Below are positions 10,749-20,355 of a DNA stretch of 64,000 nt, piece after piece. How positions within the stretch are numbered: the first letter of the stretch is position 1; each line of letters opens with the position of its first letter. The notes beneath the pieces are model-generated. The model was not told the origin of the DNA. It worked only from the letters and a program-made list of their open reading frames with translations, and ran no database searches. The position numbers were made by a program, and so were the translations under genes. The stretch comes from Promethearchaeota archaeon (lineage in GTDB: Archaea > Asgardarchaeota > Lokiarchaeia > Sigyniarchaeales > SOKP01): positions 10,907-74,906 of the forward strand of contig JBHLOC010000025.1 of NCBI GenBank assembly GCA_048940925.1, read 5' to 3'.

Positions 10749-11375
10749 ATGGAAAAAAAAGAAATTGTCCGTAAGGGCTATAATAAAGTAGCTAAAAAAA
10801 TTCAAGAAATCGATGGCTTAGAAAAGGATGGATTGGATGAATGGAAACCGTTTTCTGAATTTATGGATCGAGTACCGTTAGGTGGTTTAGTATTAGATGC
10901 TGGTTGTGGTAATGGATCATATTCATGTTATTTAAATAAAAAATGTGATGTAATTGGTGTTGATATATCTGAGAAACAAATCGAGTTAGCAAAACAAAAC
11001 GCGCTTAAAGGTAAATTTATTTGCATGGATATGACCAGACTTGAATTTCCTAATGAATTTTTTGATGGAATTTTATCTTACTATTCTATAATTCATATTC
11101 CTCGGGATGAACATTATGATTTGTTAAAAAATTTTTATCGTATGTTAAAAATACACGGAGTTTGTTTACTCACTTTTCACATTAATAATGATCCAGAATC
11201 CTATGCTGAAGATTTTTTTGGTTCTGGGAGTTTAATGTATTGGAGTGGATTTGATAAAGATTTTAATATTAAAATGCTTAGAAATATTGGATTCAAAATT
11301 ATTTGGTCAAAATTAATAAAAGAATCCTCTACGTTTGGAGAAGATTTTCACTTATTTGTATTTGTAGAAAAATGA
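10749..11375 (+). CDS. Class I SAM-dependent methyltransferase
   Basis: VLDAGCGNG, GVDIS and FDGILSYYSIIH motifs. Confidence 0.88.
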   Translation: MEKKEIVRKGYNKVAKKIQEIDGLEKDGLDEWKPFSEFMDRVPLGGLVLDAGCGNGSYSCYLNKKCDVIGVDISEKQIELAKQNALKGKFICMDMTRLEFPNEFFDGILSYYSIIHIPRDEHYDLLKNFYRMLKIHGVCLLTFHINNDPESYAEDFFGSGSLMYWSGFDKDFNIKMLRNIGFKIIWSKLIKESSTFGEDFHLFVFVEK

Positions 11376-11499
11376 TTTTTGTTGGAACCTAAAATATTAG
11401 CCCAAAAGGTAAAGAAAGACCTCTTTATAAATTCCAGAATAAATCTCTTTTGTTACAAACTTATAATCTAATGATTCCTGAGATTTAATACCTAATTTC

Positions 11500-12110
11500 C
11501 ATTTATGACAAATAATTTTAATAAGCTGAGAGATTTAATCAATATCTTGTCGATCTACTAAATTTGCTTTAAATTTTCTTACTCCTGCGAATATTTGTTT
11601 AATATCAATACTAAATTTACTTGAGAAATTACATTAGATCGAAGATGGTATTTCTGATTTCTTAATTTTCTCACCGAAAAATTTTGCTTTCATCGCAGCT
11701 GTGAATGGAGCTCTTGCCATGGGTGCCCCATATGTAAAATGCATAGCCATGGCAAGAGCTTTAAAAATTTGGGTCATATTTACTTTTCCGTCTTCTATAG
11801 CAATTGATGGAATGGTGGTATTGAGATTTTTCTTTTTAATCATATCAATATGTCAAACTTCAAGTGCTTCTAAGTATGCTGTTGGAATTGAGCTATCGTT
11901 AATCATACTTATGGGACTCATCCCTGTACCTCCATCAGCACCATCAAAAGTCATTCCGTTAACCTTTCCATCATCATTTAATCTTAATGTTTATGTTGTT
12001 GCTACTGTTCTACATGCACCTGCTTTATAAAAATTTATTTTAGTTCCACTTGAGCGTAATTGATCAATTTCATCATAATTTGATTGATAAGACTCCATTG
12101 AAAATATAGT
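11500..12110 (-). pseudogene. Decayed FMN-binding glutamate-synthase-family gene
   Basis: One minus frame gives KAGACR..TFDGADGGTGMSP..IPTAYLE..QIFKALAM..MARAP..QIFAGVRKF..DRQD, with in-frame stops at 11991-3, 11853-5, 11634-6 and 11535-7. The 5' part is missing. Confidence 0.8.
11709..11760. repeat. 14-bp perfect inverted repeat flanking an inverted 24-bp segment
   Basis: AGCTCTTGCCATGG (11709-11722) and CCATGGCAAGAGCT (11747-11760). Confidence 0.9.
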
Positions 12111-12147
12111 TATATCTGTTTAACTGTTCTTATGTTGTTGTATTTAA

Positions 12148-12165
12148 ATGGGAATTGTTACCCAT
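12148..12165. promoter_or_regulatory. Palindromic operator candidate, copy 2 (ATGGGAATTGTTACCCAT)
   Basis: Lies upstream of the glutamate-synthase-like remnant and just downstream of a minus-strand TTTATAT box. Confidence 0.55.
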
Positions 12166-12396
12166 TATTTGTGATATAAATTAGATTTCAATCTTAAAAA
12201 ACTTTAGTATTATAAATTACACAATTTGTTAATAATTTCAAAAAAATTTATGATAATGATACGAAATTAAGATTGAATCATTTAATAAATTTTAAAAAAT
12301 TGTTTCAAAATTAAACATTGTTTTATGATAAAATATCAAATATAAAAATTTAATATTTAAATCTGAACAATTTTAAGAAAAAGGAATGATAAACGT

Positions 12397-13230
12397 TTAA
12401 ATTAGTTGACTACAGTAATTCATAGCAAAAGGTCTTTTAGAAATTGGTTTAATAGCTTTAAAAGGTTTTTTTCTAATAATTTCGAGGGAAATATTGAATG
12501 TTTTACAGAAATCTTTTATATAAAAGTCGATTTCTTTCTGTTCTTCTTCTAAAAGTTCAGAAACTTGTGCCCCAACACCTAACCAACCTTCGACATTTTT
12601 ATCCGTTCTAAGATAAATAACGCCTCTATGAATCCCTGTTCCTAATTCTGTTCCACAAATAGGCTGTTGATTCTCAATAATTGTGCCATTTGGTAAGAAT
12701 TTTAGACCAAGCACAATAATTTTACCACCTGCCATATACTCGCCCAAGAAATCTTTAGCTGTGCCACCGATTATTAAAATAGGAAATTGATTTTTATATT
12801 CTTTCATATGGATACCAACTCTATAACCCACGTCTCCCTTGACATAGATTTTTCCACCTCTTGAAGATAATCCGATAACATCCCCTCCATCTCCATAAAT
12901 TATTAATGTTCCTTCATTCATTGTATTTCCTGTTTGATCCTCACAATTCCCAATAACACTAATTTTAGGACCATCCATAAAAATTCCTAAATCATTACCT
13001 GGAACTCCATTAATAATTATTTCTACATTTCCTTGTAAAGCTGCACCTATAAATCTCTGCCCACAAACATTGTTTAATACAATATTTTTACAATTATTTT
13101 TAACGGCATCATTGATCATAGAATTTAATTCTCTATAGTCAATTGGTTCTCCATTTGGGGCAGCATTTATCTCTAGAGGTTCTATTCTATCCATTTCAAA
13201 ATTTTTAACTTCAATATCATTCATTATCAT
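12397..13230 (-). CDS. gltB3: Glutamate synthase GXGXG (domain 3) subunit
   Basis: GQRFIG, GVPGNDLG, GNTMNEG, GYRVGIHMK and FLGEYMAGG beta-helix repeats. ATG 13230 follows a GGTGA SD. Confidence 0.9.
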   Translation of the reverse strand: MIMNDIEVKNFEMDRIEPLEINAAPNGEPIDYRELNSMINDAVKNNCKNIVLNNVCGQRFIGAALQGNVEIIINGVPGNDLGIFMDGPKISVIGNCEDQTGNTMNEGTLIIYGDGGDVIGLSSRGGKIYVKGDVGYRVGIHMKEYKNQFPILIIGGTAKDFLGEYMAGGKIIVLGLKFLPNGTIIENQQPICGTELGTGIHRGVIYLRTDKNVEGWLGVGAQVSELLEEEQKEIDFYIKDFCKTFNISLEIIRKKPFKAIKPISKRPFAMNYCSQLI

Positions 13231-13234
13231 AGTT

Positions 13235-14755
13235 TTATTCACCAGCATGTTTTACTCCTAAAATATCCGCAATATGCGGATTTGGACCAATATACCTTAA
13301 TCGGTCTCTATTTGAGCGAAGAGATTCCACAGAATCTATTCCCATCGCTCCTAAAACTTCCTTTAATTCTTCATTCCAAGAATGAAATAAATTTATGATT
13401 CTTTTTTTTGAAACATCAATATCTAATCTCTTCACTAAAATTTCTTGCTGTGTTGCGATACCCCATGAACAAAGACCTCTAAAGCATTGCTGGCAGACTC
13501 GACATCCCATTGCTATTAATACCGGTGTACAACACATAGCTATATCTGCCCCTAATGCAATAGCTTTGATCAAATCGGCAGAATATCTAATAGAGCCCCC
13601 AGCAATTAATGTTATCTCTTCTCTCAATCCTTCTTGCCTTAACTTTTCATCAACAACTGCAATGGCTATCTCAATAGGGATCCCTGCATGATCTCTAATA
13701 ATTCTTGGCGCAGCACCAGTACCCCCTCTAAAACCATCAATTGTTAGGAAATCGGCACCACCTTTAACTATTCCTATCGCAATTGGGGCTGAATTATGTA
13801 CTGCCGCAATCTTTACTCCCACAGGAACCTTATATCTTGTTGCTTCTTTTAATGCTGCTATTAATTGAGCTAAATCCTCTATTGAATAAATATCATGATG
13901 AGGATATGGAGATAATGCATCACTTCCCTGTGGAATCATACGCGTTTGCGAAATTAAATTGCTTACTTTTTCACCTGGGAGATGGCCACCGTGCCCAGGT
14001 TTTGCTCCTTGCCCTATTTTGATTTCTAGACCTGCTGCATTATGTAAATAATTAATATCCACACCAAATCTTCCTGATGCGACTTCAGTAATAATATTTG
14101 GAGCATATTCATAAAAATCTGGATGTAGACCCCCTTCTCCTGAACCTGCTACAATATTTAATTCTTTTACTGCTTGATATATTGCTTGACATGCATTGTA
14201 GCTAATTGACCCTAAAGACATATGACCAACCATAATTGGCATATCTATTTCAAAATTAGGAAAGAGATTTGTCTTTAATGAAATATCGTTAATATCATCA
14301 TAATCACCTGAAAAATTAAGCTGCTTTAACTTTCGTCCAAATATTATTTTAGTTTCTATTGTCTCTCTCAATGGATCAATACTAGGATTTGTGACTTGGC
14401 AAGCGTCAAGAAGTAGGTCATCAAAGATGGATCTAATCGGTCTATCATTGCCCGTTGCTGAAAGTAAAACGCCTCCATTTCCTGATTGAGCCCAAATTAT
14501 ATTTCTAATTTTTCTAGTATAGTTACCATGTTGGGGTAAATAAGCATCATTTTGAACAATGCGTATCGCCTTTCCTGGGCACATAACTACACATCTTTGG
14601 CACGCTACGCATTTATTGTCATCAGCAATTATTCGTTCTCCATTGAAATATAGTACTCCAAATGAACAATTATTTACACATCTTTTACATTTCTTACAAT
14701 TCTCTTGATTAATATTTACTCTATAATAAGGGAGAATCTCATGTACTATAGCCAA
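13235..14755 (-). CDS. gltB2: Archaeal glutamate synthase FMN-binding subunit with N-terminal 2x[4Fe-4S]
   Basis: CKKCKRC..C, CVACQRC..CP, MSLGS, GEGG, EVASGRFG, EIKIGQGAKPGHGGHLPGEKV, SPYPHHDIYSIEDL, DGFRGGTGA and C..CQQC..GLC. Confidence 0.93.
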   Translation of the reverse strand: MAIVHEILPYYRVNINQENCKKCKRCVNNCSFGVLYFNGERIIADDNKCVACQRCVVMCPGKAIRIVQNDAYLPQHGNYTRKIRNIIWAQSGNGGVLLSATGNDRPIRSIFDDLLLDACQVTNPSIDPLRETIETKIIFGRKLKQLNFSGDYDDINDISLKTNLFPNFEIDMPIMVGHMSLGSISYNACQAIYQAVKELNIVAGSGEGGLHPDFYEYAPNIITEVASGRFGVDINYLHNAAGLEIKIGQGAKPGHGGHLPGEKVSNLISQTRMIPQGSDALSPYPHHDIYSIEDLAQLIAALKEATRYKVPVGVKIAAVHNSAPIAIGIVKGGADFLTIDGFRGGTGAAPRIIRDHAGIPIEIAIAVVDEKLRQEGLREEITLIAGGSIRYSADLIKAIALGADIAMCCTPVLIAMGCRVCQQCFRGLCSWGIATQQEILVKRLDIDVSKKRIINLFHSWNEELKEVLGAMGIDSVESLRSNRDRLRYIGPNPHIADILGVKHAGE

Positions 14756-14757
14756 TT

Positions 14758-15951
14758 TTATACCTCCATTTTAGATAAATTATGTTTTATCAATGGTATT
14801 TCAAGACCATTTTTAATTAATCCTTTCCCCTGTTTAGCTATAACAACAGATCCACTCTTCGGATGCCAAATATCAAGCAAATCGAATTTATCGTCATCAA
14901 GCATCAACCTTCTAAAGGAGGATTCTTCACTGCTCATATACACAGTATTCTTATCTTCACTAATTCCAACTACTAAAGGCCGTAGTTTTTTTCTATCAGA
15001 TAATCCTATCATAGTAGGAATAGGATCTGAATAACCAACAACAATAGAAAACGGTCCATTCAACATAGCACTTCTATAAGTTGCTCTTATATTTTTGTAT
15101 ATTACTTGAGTTTTATTATCTAATTTTTCAATTTCTTCATATAATGGTGGTGCTAAAGCAATAGCAACGAGAGGTATTGGGATTTTATGTTTACGGCATA
15201 ATAAGTCAAACAGATACGCGATAACTTCTGTGTCAGTAAAAAGAGTACATTTATATCCAAACGAATCTAAGTACCTTTTATTTGTTCCATAGGATGTTAT
15301 CTCACCATTATGAACCACCGAACAATTTAATAGATTAAATGGATGTGCCCCGCCCCACCATCCAGGAGTATTTGTTGGAAATCTTGAATGTGCCAACCAC
15401 ATATACGCTTTATATTCTGAAATTTTATAAAAATCTGCAATTTCATATGACCAGCCATTACCTTTAAAAACACCCACATCTTTGCCAGATGACATCACAA
15501 ATGCATTTTCAATATTAGCATTGATAGCCATTACTATTTGGACTATTTTTTCATCGTTATCTTCGTTATTATAGTTTTCTGGATCAAAGAACACTCTCCA
15601 GATTATCGGAGGATTGATCACCTCAGAATGCATCTTTGTTGGTATAGGCTCCGATTTGATTATTTTACCATTTTTTTCCAAATATTTTAGGGTATTTGAT
15701 TTTGCATTTTCATTGTCAAAAAGAAAATGAAATGCATAATAATTTTTATATTCAGGATAAATTCCGTATCCCGCAAAACCCGCACCAAGACCATTTTCTC
15801 TCTCCTTCAAAATACATAACATTTCAATTACTTTATCCCCTGAAACTCTATTCCCATCAGTGTTTATAAAACCAGATATTCCACATCCATCAAATACTCG
15901 CTGATTTCTATATTGTGCGGGTAAAGATGTATAATTTTCCCATCTCATCAC
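14758..15951 (-). CDS. gltB1: Glutamate synthase class II (Ntn) glutamine amidotransferase subunit
   Basis: Short leader then DG-CGISG, ERENGLGAG, HSRFPTNT, GGAHPF, HNGEI and DTEV. Confidence 0.92.
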   Translation of the reverse strand: MMRWENYTSLPAQYRNQRVFDGCGISGFINTDGNRVSGDKVIEMLCILKERENGLGAGFAGYGIYPEYKNYYAFHFLFDNENAKSNTLKYLEKNGKIIKSEPIPTKMHSEVINPPIIWRVFFDPENYNNEDNDEKIVQIVMAINANIENAFVMSSGKDVGVFKGNGWSYEIADFYKISEYKAYMWLAHSRFPTNTPGWWGGAHPFNLLNCSVVHNGEITSYGTNKRYLDSFGYKCTLFTDTEVIAYLFDLLCRKHKIPIPLVAIALAPPLYEEIEKLDNKTQVIYKNIRATYRSAMLNGPFSIVVGYSDPIPTMIGLSDRKKLRPLVVGISEDKNTVYMSSEESSFRRLMLDDDKFDLLDIWHPKSGSVVIAKQGKGLIKNGLEIPLIKHNLSKMEV

Positions 15952-15954
15952 TTT

Positions 15955-17313
15955 TCACTCTCTCATGTTTGAAGAATCCGGTTTTATGTTTTCATTCTCT
16001 ATAATATTAAATAGTTTTTTCAAATCTCCAACTTTAGGTTTATTAGTTTCTAACCCTACTCTATTACGGGCTGATTTTGATAATAAACCAATAATTCCTT
16101 TCTGATAAAAGGAATAGAATTCACGTGCATATCCTTTTGTAGCATATCCTCGCTCTGTCGCGAGATTACGTAAAATTGAAAAAATTTCAATCATACCAAC
16201 TCTCATAGGACAAAGCTCATAACATAAATAACAATCAAGACACAGCCAAATTGACTGATCAGATATGACCTCTTCAACTCTTCCTTCAAGGAGCTTATAG
16301 ACAATTTCGCTTGGTCTGAATTCGGTCAATTTTGATATGATACAGTCATCGTCACATGCTCTACATGAATAACATTTGAATAAGAAATTAGGATCGAAAT
16401 ATTTTCTTATTTCCCTATTTTTTGCTTTAATATCTTCAATTTTTTTAAAAAGTGATTTGACTTGCGTTCTGTGGTACTTTTTCATCAATTCTCGAATATT
16501 AATCTCTAGGGCAATACATAATAATTCTGAATAATATAACACGGGAATATCGTAATTACGATCTTCTTTTTTTAAATCTTGTTGCAAATGATCAAATTGA
16601 ATAAAACACTGAGGACAACACACAACAATACAATCAATCTTATTCTCCTTCATACTTAATAATTTCGCATTAATTATTTCTAATGATAAATTTGGACTCC
16701 CAGCTCTCCCAAGACTTCCTCCACAACATTCCATTTTAAATTCATAATCAATACTTTGAGCACCTAAATCTCTAATCAAATCATCAAATAAAGTTGGCTC
16801 AAGTGGATCATCAGTCTGTACTTTATTGCTTGGTCTAAGGAAGTGACAACCATAAAAAACCGCAATCCTTAACCCCGTTAATGGAAACTTTAAATTATCT
16901 TTTATCGTCTCCCTTCTGAATTTGAAAACGAATTCGACCAAATGATAAATGTTACAATCTCCACGGACTTTAAGATCAATTTTATCCAAATATTCATTGA
17001 TCTTCTCTTTTAAATGATGATCTTCTTCAATTTCACCTTTCACTTTTTTGAAGGTTGTAAAACACCCATTACAAGGAGTTAAAATAGCTTTATTCTCCAT
17101 CTCAGCAAGACTAAGATTTCGAGCTGCCGTTAAATAGAACAACAATTTATTAGAATTTTTAATCCCATTCGGCTCAGGACAACAAGAAAACTTTGAATTT
17201 TCAGTAAAAGCAATCCCTAAATAATCTAATACATTTCTTATTGAAACTTCTATAAAAGGAAGCCGATATGTTATAGTGCATCCTGGGAATAAGACTATCT
17301 CATGATTAATTAT
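15955..17313 (-). CDS. HdrB-HdrC fusion (two CCG domains + [4Fe-4S] domain)
   Basis: FPGC..CCPEP..TPCNGC, FYGCH..CCG..CCPQC, then CYSCRAC..C and CLDCYLC..CP. The first CCG half lies upstream of the ORF-track TTG (17145). The frame is open back to ATA 17313, behind a GAGGT SD. Confidence 0.85.
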   Translation of the reverse strand: MINHEIVLFPGCTITYRLPFIEVSIRNVLDYLGIAFTENSKFSCCPEPNGIKNSNKLLFYLTAARNLSLAEMENKAILTPCNGCFTTFKKVKGEIEEDHHLKEKINEYLDKIDLKVRGDCNIYHLVEFVFKFRRETIKDNLKFPLTGLRIAVFYGCHFLRPSNKVQTDDPLEPTLFDDLIRDLGAQSIDYEFKMECCGGSLGRAGSPNLSLEIINAKLLSMKENKIDCIVVCCPQCFIQFDHLQQDLKKEDRNYDIPVLYYSELLCIALEINIRELMKKYHRTQVKSLFKKIEDIKAKNREIRKYFDPNFLFKCYSCRACDDDCIISKLTEFRPSEIVYKLLEGRVEEVISDQSIWLCLDCYLCYELCPMRVGMIEIFSILRNLATERGYATKGYAREFYSFYQKGIIGLLSKSARNRVGLETNKPKVGDLKKLFNIIENENIKPDSSNMRE

Positions 17314-17503
17314 TTTAAACCTCTTTAATTATATTAAGTTATTTTAAAAGATTTTGAAAGATTTATGTAAATAGGCTAAATAAATAACATAATTTTACTT
17401 AGCTAAATGATCTACCTTATTTACTCCTATTCTAGTTATATTTATTTGAGTCTTTATCATAATTTTTTTCACTTTTTTTCTTAACTTCAAATAAAAACTA
17501 AAC

Positions 17504-18013
17504 TTATTCGTAGATAAGAAGCTTTTTCGTCCTATCCATTTTTTGATTATTATTTACAGCTGAAAATACATATGATTCATATTCATTTTTCTTGAGTTTT
17601 TCTAAATGGGATCCTTCTAAAATTAATTCATGACTATCTAATTCTGATACGAATAAGTCCATACACGCAATTCCAGTATCACAATTCCAATTAGGTTCTT
17701 TATGTTTCGGCCCAAAAATCCTTCCAAACGGTATTGAACTATGTTCGCATATATGGATAATATTCCTGCCATAAGAATATTCCTCTCCACATTCTGGACA
17801 TTCGATCATTTTTGAAATTAATTTGCTTCTTTGGTCTAGATTACTTCCAAATGCAAAATAATTAACTTCTAGAAAGTTATCGCACCTCCATTTATAGTCA
17901 TATCTTTCATCTTTGGAGCTCAATCCGCTTTTATTGGCAATTTCTTCACAATCTTGGCATATTTTTCTGTCGTAGTAAATCTTTTTTCCACAAAATTGAC
18001 ATTTCAATGACAT
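17504..18013 (-). CDS. Uncharacterised tandem Zn-ribbon protein ending in LIYE (paralog of 22034..22435)
   Basis: CQFCG..CQDCE and a second unit CPECG..HICE. KWRC/NWNC motifs. GGAGA SD-like motif upstream. Confidence 0.75.
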   Translation of the reverse strand: MSLKCQFCGKKIYYDRKICQDCEEIANKSGLSSKDERYDYKWRCDNFLEVNYFAFGSNLDQRSKLISKMIECPECGEEYSYGRNIIHICEHSSIPFGRIFGPKHKEPNWNCDTGIACMDLFVSELDSHELILEGSHLEKLKKNEYESYVFSAVNNNQKMDRTKKLLIYE

Positions 18014-18033
18014 TTTTATTCAATTCTCCAAAT

Positions 18034-18258
18034 TTAGATTGCTTTGTATAGACGTGGGCGTTTATTATAATATATCTCGAGTTTTTCAGGCATTTTTCTC
18101 TTAATTCTGTTTATAACATGCACAACTCCATTTCTGTTATGCCCATATCCCATAGCAGCTGCCCACTCCGCTGCTGTTGAAACTCCAATCTCCTTTAGTT
18201 TATCCAAGCATATCTCTTCCCACGTTTTTAGTACTATTTGATTCTCTATTTTTATCAC
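18034..18258 (-). CDS. Small putative winged-helix DNA-binding protein
   Basis: Basic helical protein, TWEEICLDKLKEIGVSTAAEWAAAMGY..VINRIKRK..KRPRLYK. Start uncertain (TTG 18300, GTG 18258 or ATA 18249). Confidence 0.55.
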   Translation of the reverse strand: MIKIENQIVLKTWEEICLDKLKEIGVSTAAEWAAAMGYGHNRNGVVHVINRIKRKMPEKLEIYYNKRPRLYKAI

Positions 18259-18307
18259 TCCATACTTTTTATTAACAATTTTAAGTGCATTTCTAATCAA
18301 AATAATG

Positions 18308-18325
18308 ATGGGAATCAGATCCCAT
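18308..18325. promoter_or_regulatory. Palindromic operator candidate, copy 3 (ATGGGAATCAGATCCCAT)
   Basis: Immediately downstream of a minus-strand TTATATATAA TATA-like box, at the head of the wHTH / Zn-ribbon / hdrBC / gltB run. Confidence 0.6.
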
Positions 18326-18742
18326 TATATTATATAATAAGATAAACAAGCTCCTTAATAAAGTTTAGGATTAAAAACTAAACATTATTGCATTATTTAG
18401 CAAATTTTCTTAAATAGATCGACAAAATTATATTCATCTCTAAATAAAAAATTATAAAAAAAAATGATTAATCTGAATAATGTTCATTCTAAAAATATCT
18501 TTAATTTAAATTTTATGGAAATACTCTAAAAAAATTTCAATAAACGGAGGTTTTTATTTAATTCCTTTTAGTGGAGTAATAAACCTAAAAATTTTTAGTT
18601 TTTTGAAAAATAATTCTAAAGTTATCATGACCTAATGATTTCATGAATTAAAATTTCCAAGTTTATGCTTTTGAGAGCAATATTGCATTTTTAATAAAAA
18701 CAAATTGAAAATAACAACCATTCAACAAATCAAATCGTCAAT

Positions 18743-18777
18743 TGATATTATAAAACAATCTGATATTATAAAACAAT
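18743..18777. repeat. Tandem direct repeat, 17 bp x2 (TGATATTATAAAACAAT)
   Basis: Exact copies at 18743-18759 and 18761-18777. Confidence 0.85.
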
Positions 18778-18905
18778 ACAAACGAAAAATAAAGAATTAA
18801 ATATCAAAGTATCAAATTTGGGTTAAATACGTCTATTTCTACTGAATTTTAATATCGATATTACAGAAATAGAAAAAAAATAACTTAATAAAGGATCAAA
18901 AGATT

Positions 18906-19937
18906 ATGAGTCTTCTCAAATACATTATTAGAAGAGTGGTTGTTATGATTCCAGTATTATTCGGAGTATTGACTTTAACATTTATTCTTAATAGATTAAT
19001 GCCAGGGGATCCGATTGCTGCTCGATTATCTGCTGCGGGAATACATAATCCCGCACAGGGTCTTTATCAACAGATGAAGTGTCAGCTTGGTCTCTGTGAT
19101 CCAATAATAGTTCAATATTTTCGATATGTAGAGGAATTATTCACAGGTCAATGGGGAGTTTCTGTATCTATTGTTCGAAATGAACCTGTCTGGGATCTCA
19201 TAATGGAAAGAATGCCATTGACAATAGATTTAACAGTATTTTCTGTGGCAATATCGTCCTTTTTAGGAATTAAGGCAGGAGTTATTTCAGCTGTTAATAG
19301 GAATAAAACTATTGATACAGTAGTGAGAGGACTTGCTTTATTAGGTGTAGCTATTCCTGTATTTTTTCTAGGAATGTTATTACAATACACATTCGGTTAT
19401 GTTGTAAAAATCTTCGAGCCTACAGGATATTTGAGTATTAACATTGAAAATCCCCCATTTGTGACCGGATTTATTATAATCGATGCTATATTAGCAGGTC
19501 AGTTTTATGTTGTTATCGATTATCTATGGCATTTATGTTTACCTGTGTTTTGTCTGTCATTTATTAGTCTCGCCACTATTACACGTCAGACTCGTTCGAG
19601 CATGTTAGAAGTGTTAGAGATGGATTATGTCAGAACTGCAAGAGCAAAAGGATGTGAAGAAAAAGTAGTAATCCATTCTCATACCTTGAGAAACGCTTTA
19701 ATTCCGACTGTGACTATTATAGGATTAAGTATAGCTGGTTTATTAGGAGGAGCTGTTCTTACAGAAACTACTTTTGGATTAAATGGAATGGGGAATCTTT
19801 TTGTTAATGCGATTCTCTTATATGACTATTGGGTGTTAAATGCCCTTGTATTTATGATAACAATCATTTTCATATTTGCAACTTTGCTAACTGATGTAAT
19901 ATACGCAATTTTAGACCCCAGAATACGATACAGATAA
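18906..19937 (+). CDS. dppB: Peptide/nickel ABC transporter permease (DppB/OppB)
   Basis: MPGDP, QYFRY and an intact EAA loop TRSSMLEVLEMDYVRTARAKG. Also GAVLTETTF and LDPRIR. Confidence 0.92.
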   Translation: MSLLKYIIRRVVVMIPVLFGVLTLTFILNRLMPGDPIAARLSAAGIHNPAQGLYQQMKCQLGLCDPIIVQYFRYVEELFTGQWGVSVSIVRNEPVWDLIMERMPLTIDLTVFSVAISSFLGIKAGVISAVNRNKTIDTVVRGLALLGVAIPVFFLGMLLQYTFGYVVKIFEPTGYLSINIENPPFVTGFIIIDAILAGQFYVVIDYLWHLCLPVFCLSFISLATITRQTRSSMLEVLEMDYVRTARAKGCEEKVVIHSHTLRNALIPTVTIIGLSIAGLLGGAVLTETTFGLNGMGNLFVNAILLYDYWVLNALVFMITIIFIFATLLTDVIYAILDPRIRYR

Positions 19938-20029
19938 TGGTTTTTATTCACAAAAAGAGATATTTTTTACCTTCTCATCTTATTTACATTCTGCTATATC
20001 AAATTAATTATTTGTAGAAAATTATTAAT

Positions 20030-20250
20030 TAAATCATTTCAATTAACTGCAATAATTGTTAGATCAAATCCATCAGGCAAGTCGAATGTATCTTAATAGC
20101 ATTTAATCTCTAGTATTTCCAAGCTTCCTCTTGACACAAAATATTAGTTTCCACTAAAGCCTCAATTGACTAAACCGAAAAGTTGTCATTTCCTTTTGGC
20201 AGAAGCACCAATAAAAGCAATAGATTTAGGGTAAAAAATTTCTCAAAATA
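20030..20250 (-). pseudogene. Remnant of ADP-forming acyl-CoA synthetase alpha subunit (N-terminal CoA-binding domain)
   Basis: Minus frame reads FYPKSIAFIGASAKRK*QLFGLVN*GFSGN*YFVSRGSLEILEIKCY*DTFDLPDGFDLTIIAVN*, with five stops. Confidence 0.7.
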
Positions 20251-20355
20251 ATTAATCTGCTTCACAGATGGAATAGATAATTTTGTAACTTAAATTTAAC
20301 CCATCTTTATGATTGATTAAATAAAAATATAAATTTTGCATCAAATGTATTAATT

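Noticed and set aside
11853-11855. In-frame TGA as possible selenocysteine
   Set aside because: The same frame has several TAA stops, and the position is not an evident catalytic Cys. The stops in the 20030-20250 remnant are likewise mixed TGA/TAA.
11701-12030. 109-aa plus-strand ORF containing ALAMGAPYVKCIAMARA
   Set aside because: It is antisense to the pseudogene. The meaningful-looking peptide comes from the 24-bp inversion, not from a real gene.
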